Below are positions 59,806 to 64,000 of a DNA stretch of 64,000 bases, in pieces. Source of the DNA: Candidatus Parcubacteria bacterium (lineage in GTDB: Bacteria > Patescibacteriota > Minisyncoccia > UBA6257 > HR35); assembly GCA_026004495.1 (NCBI GenBank), contig BPJG01000001.1, positions 2,672 through 66,671 of the forward strand. The letters run 5' to 3'. Below the pieces are notes generated by a model. The model made no database searches. It was not told where the DNA came from and saw only the letters and a list, made by a program, of their open reading frames with translations. The position numbers were made by a program, and so were the translations under genes. The first letter of the stretch is position 1; each line of letters begins with the position of its first letter.

Positions 59806-60355
59806 TTTACGACTTTTTCTGTTAGTTTATAATATATATTTTAAAAGTTATTTTTTAAAAATACCAATTAAAATTAGATTTTAATATTTAATTTATTTTA
59901 AAATTTAATACAAAGATCAAAGCATAATTTAAATAAAAAAATATAATTAAAGGGTAATATTGATAAAATTTGAAATTACTGTTAATATATTTACTCCCTT
60001 AAGATTTAGAACTGATGGCATTATTTTTTCTACTTAAAAAGATTCAACTGATTATAATCTTTAAGCTAAAAAACAATTAATATATATGATAATTATTTAA
60101 TTATGGTACAGCCGATAGTTACTCAGTTATTTAACTATGATACCAATGATTATTGATTACAATAATGTTATAAATATAAAAGTAAAATTTAAAGATATAA
60201 AATCTTGGCTTTTTGTTAACAAAAAAAGTTATTATAAAAATAAAAAATAATGAAATTTTAGAAATAACAAGCTGATGAAATATTAATTTACTCTTAGGTA
60301 GATTTTTTTAATAAAATCTTTTAAAAATTAATTAATTACTTAATTATTAATTAAA

Positions 60356-61327
60356 ATGAATATTTATGAAGCCATAAAAAATTTTAATCAACAGTTTGAA
60401 TATAAACCTAAAATTGAAAATGAAGATAAATTAAAAATTAAATTTTCTAAATTTGTTATTGGTGGAATGGGTGGCTCTAATTTAGCTTCCGATCTGCTTA
60501 AAATTAGAGATCCTTATCTTGATATACTAATTTATCGAAATTATGGTTTACCTAAAATAAATGAAAGAGAATTAAAAGAAAAACTTTTGATTGCTAATTC
60601 TTATTCTGGCGATACCGAAGAGACCATTGATTTTCTTTTGAAAGCAATTGAAAAAAAATTAAATTTAGCAATTATCAGTATTGATGGTAAATTAATTGAA
60701 ATTGCTAAAGACAATAATTTGCCTTATATTCAAATACCAGATATAGGACTTCAACCACGTTATGCTTTAGGATTTAATTTGAAAGCTATTGTTAAACTAA
60801 TTGGTCGTGATGATTTATTAAAAGAATTAGATGAATTAAAAGATTTACTTAAGCCAGAAGAATATAAAGAGAAGGGGAAAGAATTAGCAGAAAAAATTAA
60901 AGGTTATGTTCCAATAATTTATTCTTCAATTGAAAACGTTGGTATTGCCTATAATTGGAAAATCAAATTTAATGAAACTGGCAAAATCCCTGCTTTTTAT
61001 AATATTTTTCCAGAATTAAATCATAATGAGATGGCTGGCTTTGGGGTAAAAGAATTAGTTGAAAAATTTTGTTTCATTATCTTAAAAGATAAAAATGATC
61101 AACTAAGAATTCAAAAAAGAATGGAGATTTTTGAGAAAATATTTACTCAACTTGGTTTTAAAATAGAAATTATAAATTTTGATGGTATTTCTGTTTTTCA
61201 TAAGATTTTCAACACATTAATTTTAGCAGATTGGACAAGTTATTATTTGGCTCTCTATTATTCTCAAAACCCAGAAAAAGTTCCTTTAATTGAAGAATTT
61301 AAAAACCTAATTAAAGAATCTAATTAA
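60356..61327 (+). CDS. Bifunctional phosphoglucose/phosphomannose isomerase (SIS domain)
   Basis: GMGGS, SYSGDTEET, QPR, WK..FNETGK, FPELNHNE. Confidence 0.92.
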   Translation: MNIYEAIKNFNQQFEYKPKIENEDKLKIKFSKFVIGGMGGSNLASDLLKIRDPYLDILIYRNYGLPKINERELKEKLLIANSYSGDTEETIDFLLKAIEKKLNLAIISIDGKLIEIAKDNNLPYIQIPDIGLQPRYALGFNLKAIVKLIGRDDLLKELDELKDLLKPEEYKEKGKELAEKIKGYVPIIYSSIENVGIAYNWKIKFNETGKIPAFYNIFPELNHNEMAGFGVKELVEKFCFIILKDKNDQLRIQKRMEIFEKIFTQLGFKIEIINFDGISVFHKIFNTLILADWTSYYLALYYSQNPEKVPLIEEFKNLIKESN

Positions 61328-61433
61328 AGAAGACTACTTTTAGATTGTTATCTTTAAAAATGATTTCTTTTATTTTAAAATCAAAATAAATTTGAATTGA
61401 TTTAATTTTTTTCTAATTTATTATAATTTATTT

Positions 61434-62093
61434 ATGGAACCAAAAGTTATTCCTATTTATCATGCTTCTTTTATTTTAAATTGGGGAGAGAAAATTATTT
61501 ATGTTGATCCCGCCTGGGATGAAAAATTATATCAAGATAAACCAAAACCTGATTTAGTTTTAATTACCGATATTCATTTTGATCACTTAGATAATAATGT
61601 TTTAGAAAGTTTAAGCCAAAAGGGTGATTTTGATCTGATTGTACCAAAATCAGTTTATGATGAGCTTTTAGGAAAACTAAAAACTAAAGCAAAAATTTTA
61701 AATAATGGAGAAGAAACAAATTGGGATGATTTTAGGGTTACAGCTTTGCCAATGTATAATCTAACTCCTGAAAGATTACAATTTCATCCAAAAGGAAGAG
61801 GTAATGGCTATTTAATTGAGAAAAATAATTTTCTGGTTTATATTGCTGGAGATACTGAAGATATTCCTGAAATGAGAAATTTGAAAAATATTGATCTTGC
61901 TTTTGCACCAATGAATTTACCCTATACTATGGATGTTGAACAGGCAGTTTCAGCTGTTTTAGAATTCCAGCCGAAAAAAATTTATCCTTATCATTATCGA
62001 GGCGAAAATGGTTTTAGTGATGTTAATAAATTTAAAGAATTAGTTGAGAAAGAAAATAAAAATATTGAAGTAATTTTAGCTAAATGGTATTAA
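61434..62093 (+). CDS. Metallo-beta-lactamase fold hydrolase
   Basis: HASF, IYVDP, ITDIHFDHLD, FHPKGRGNGY, AGDTED, PYHY. Confidence 0.9.
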   Translation: MEPKVIPIYHASFILNWGEKIIYVDPAWDEKLYQDKPKPDLVLITDIHFDHLDNNVLESLSQKGDFDLIVPKSVYDELLGKLKTKAKILNNGEETNWDDFRVTALPMYNLTPERLQFHPKGRGNGYLIEKNNFLVYIAGDTEDIPEMRNLKNIDLAFAPMNLPYTMDVEQAVSAVLEFQPKKIYPYHYRGENGFSDVNKFKELVEKENKNIEVILAKWY

Positions 62094-62118
62094 ACTCTTC
62101 TCCCATTTCTTCTCTTAA

Positions 62119-63087
62119 TTATTCTTCTTCTTTTAATTTTCCCTCTATTAACTCCTGAGCTTTTTCTAGAAAAGTATTAGGAAAGTAAATAGCTAATTCT
62201 TTTCTTAAACTTAGATTTAATTGAGGATATTGTTGTTCTAATATATTTAACCTTTCTTTAACTTTCCTTAAAAATTCTTCAGGATTATTAGGTTTTTTAG
62301 GACTAGGAGGATAATTAACGACAGCATGGTTTATTATCCAATAATCTATATCTTGAAATTCAGGATTATTTTTAATTTCTTCAATTTTTGTTTTAAATTT
62401 TCTTAAAAATTCTTCAGGATTAGTAGGATTATGAGTAACAGCATGTTTTATTATCGAATCATCCATATCTTGAAATTCAGGATTGTTTTTAATTTCTTCA
62501 ATGTTTATCTTAACTTTTCTTAAAAATTCTTCAGGATTACTATAATAAACAACAGAACGTTTTATCATCCAATAATCTATATCTGGAAATTTTTGCTCCA
62601 ATTCATCAATTACCCTTGGTGGAAAAATATATACATGGGAAGCAATTTGAAGTATTGTTTTAGGTGTAATTTCATATTTTTCTTTTTCAATTTTTCTTAA
62701 ATAGTGATGCAGTGTACTTCTGAAATTTAAGACATAGCCAGTTATTAAAGTTTCTAAAATTTGTCTAAATTCTTCTTCTGATGTAGGATTTTGGGGTAAA
62801 TCTCCTAGTCTATAAGCAGCCTTGATATTAAATCTTAATCCTTTTTCAAAATATTCTTTTAATTCTTCATTTTCAATTCCTAATTCTTTTGCTAATTCTC
62901 TGATTTTTTCTTCATTATTTTTACCTTCAGGAGTTTGCCTTAATTCTTCTAATAAATTTTCTGCTTGATCTAAATAATCTTTCAATAACTTACTTTCTCC
63001 ACCTCTTGCATTCACTTTTCTTTCTTTTATTTCCTTTCTTATCTCTTCTTGTTTACCTAATCCCTCTTTTGCTTTTTTATATTCCAT
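62119..63087 (-). CDS. Orphan helical-repeat protein
   Basis: Three NPEEFLRK units and two IEEIKNNPEFQD units, about 39-aa (117-bp) period. Confidence 0.8.
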   Translation of the reverse strand: MEYKKAKEGLGKQEEIRKEIKERKVNARGGESKLLKDYLDQAENLLEELRQTPEGKNNEEKIRELAKELGIENEELKEYFEKGLRFNIKAAYRLGDLPQNPTSEEEFRQILETLITGYVLNFRSTLHHYLRKIEKEKYEITPKTILQIASHVYIFPPRVIDELEQKFPDIDYWMIKRSVVYYSNPEEFLRKVKINIEEIKNNPEFQDMDDSIIKHAVTHNPTNPEEFLRKFKTKIEEIKNNPEFQDIDYWIINHAVVNYPPSPKKPNNPEEFLRKVKERLNILEQQYPQLNLSLRKELAIYFPNTFLEKAQELIEGKLKEEE

Positions 63088-63155
63088 TTAAATATATTAT
63101 AATCTATGATATATAAGAAAACAAAAATTTTAGATAAGTGTTATCAAATTTTCAG

Positions 63156-63605
63156 ATGTTAAAACAGAAAAATTTAATTTTTATTTTTAGTTTAATTGGA
63201 TTTTTGGTTGCAAGTTATTTATTTTATATTGAGTTTAAGAATAATTCTCCTATTTGTTTTACTAATTCAAGTTGTGATTTTGTTTTAAAAAGTAAATATA
63301 GTAAATTCTTGGGGTTGCCAGTTGCTTTATGGGGAGTTTTTTATTTTGGAAGTGTCTTAGTTTTGAATTTTTTTGAAAAAACTAGAAATTTATTAAAGAT
63401 TATTTCATTTCTTGGATTTATTTTTGCTCTTTATTTAATTTATCTTCAAGCTATTGTTTTAAAATCTTTTTGCATTTATTGTTTAATAGCTGATATTTCA
63501 TCAATTATTATTTTTTTAATTTTATTTTTAAACATTTTTTTAAAAAATTTAGTTAATTATTTTAAATATGGAAATAAATATCTACAAAAAATCTTTAAAA
63601 GATAG
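63156..63605 (+). CDS. VKOR family protein
   Basis: CFTNSSCDFVLKSKYSKFLGLPVA, FCIYC. Confidence 0.88.
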   Translation: MLKQKNLIFIFSLIGFLVASYLFYIEFKNNSPICFTNSSCDFVLKSKYSKFLGLPVALWGVFYFGSVLVLNFFEKTRNLLKIISFLGFIFALYLIYLQAIVLKSFCIYCLIADISSIIIFLILFLNIFLKNLVNYFKYGNKYLQKIFKR

Positions 63606-64000
63606 AAATTTATTGAAACTGGAAAAGCCAACTCCGGGATCTTGGATTTTTGTTGAAAATTTTAATAAAAATGATATTAATTTTTTAGCTAAAAATTTTA
63701 AAATTAATAGAAATTCCTTAGAAGATGTTATTGATGAATTTACTCAACCACGTTTAGAAATTATAAAAAACTTTTTGTATATTTTTTTAAAAATACCTCA
63801 TTTTGAAAATAATGAAATAAAGCTTTTACCAATTTTAATTATTCTGACCCCTAAATACATTTTTACTATTTTTAATAAAAAAACCAATATTTTTAATTTG
63901 CTTACAAATGATCAAATTAATTTTTTTACTACTCAAAAAACTAAATTTTTTCTTTTAAAATTAAATTTAATAAATAAATCCTATAGAAATTTAGTTGATA
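63568..64000 (+). CDS. corA: CorA family Mg2+ transporter, N-terminal part (runs off the window)
   Basis: ATG 63568: ..GSWIFVEN..LEDVIDEFTQPRLE..LYIFLKIP..LPILII. Confidence 0.75.
   Translation, partial: MEINIYKKSLKDRNLLKLEKPTPGSWIFVENFNKNDINFLAKNFKINRNSLEDVIDEFTQPRLEIIKNFLYIFLKIPHFENNEIKLLPILIILTPKYIFTIFNKKTNIFNLLTNDQINFFTTQKTKFFLLKLNLINKSYRNLVD

Noticed and set aside
1-64000. Alternative genetic code (TGA = Gly) explaining the broken genes
   Set aside because: Intact genes such as csoR, DUF411 and mod end at TGA where expected; the breaks are frameshifts

Overview
Very AT-rich bacterial chromosome segment. The gene families (DUF5667, DUF2207, Gmad2/GerMN, orphan repeat proteins) and the short Shine-Dalgarno-less leaders suggest a Patescibacteria/CPR (Parcubacteria-like) genome; this is inference. 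TGA is used as a stop. Left to right: the 3' part of a Type III-like restriction helicase; several frameshifted genes; a CsoR-regulated copper/heavy-metal region with a decayed merA; redox and housekeeping genes; tandem DUF5667 paralogues; a UV-repair plus carotenoid cluster (bcp, uvsE, photolyase, lycopene-elongase-like gene, converging on crtE-crtB-crtI); transporters; a Type III R-M defence island next to tRNA-Val(CAC); and two orphan repeat proteins. The most unusual signal is a dispersed family of ~40-bp elements, each four CG-containing motifs (CGCAGAC or GCGAAC type) mostly spaced 10-11-10 bp. About a dozen blocks occur on both strands, mostly as in-frame additions within unrelated proteins (Cu-ATPase, glutamate dehydrogenase, PQQ-dependent dehydrogenase), twice as convergent inverted pairs. 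Also seen: a single-gene cassette flanked by a 42-bp duplication of the Cu-ATPase 3' end, and an unannotated 44-aa, 8-Cys ORF. All family calls come from motif recognition by eye; no searches were run.
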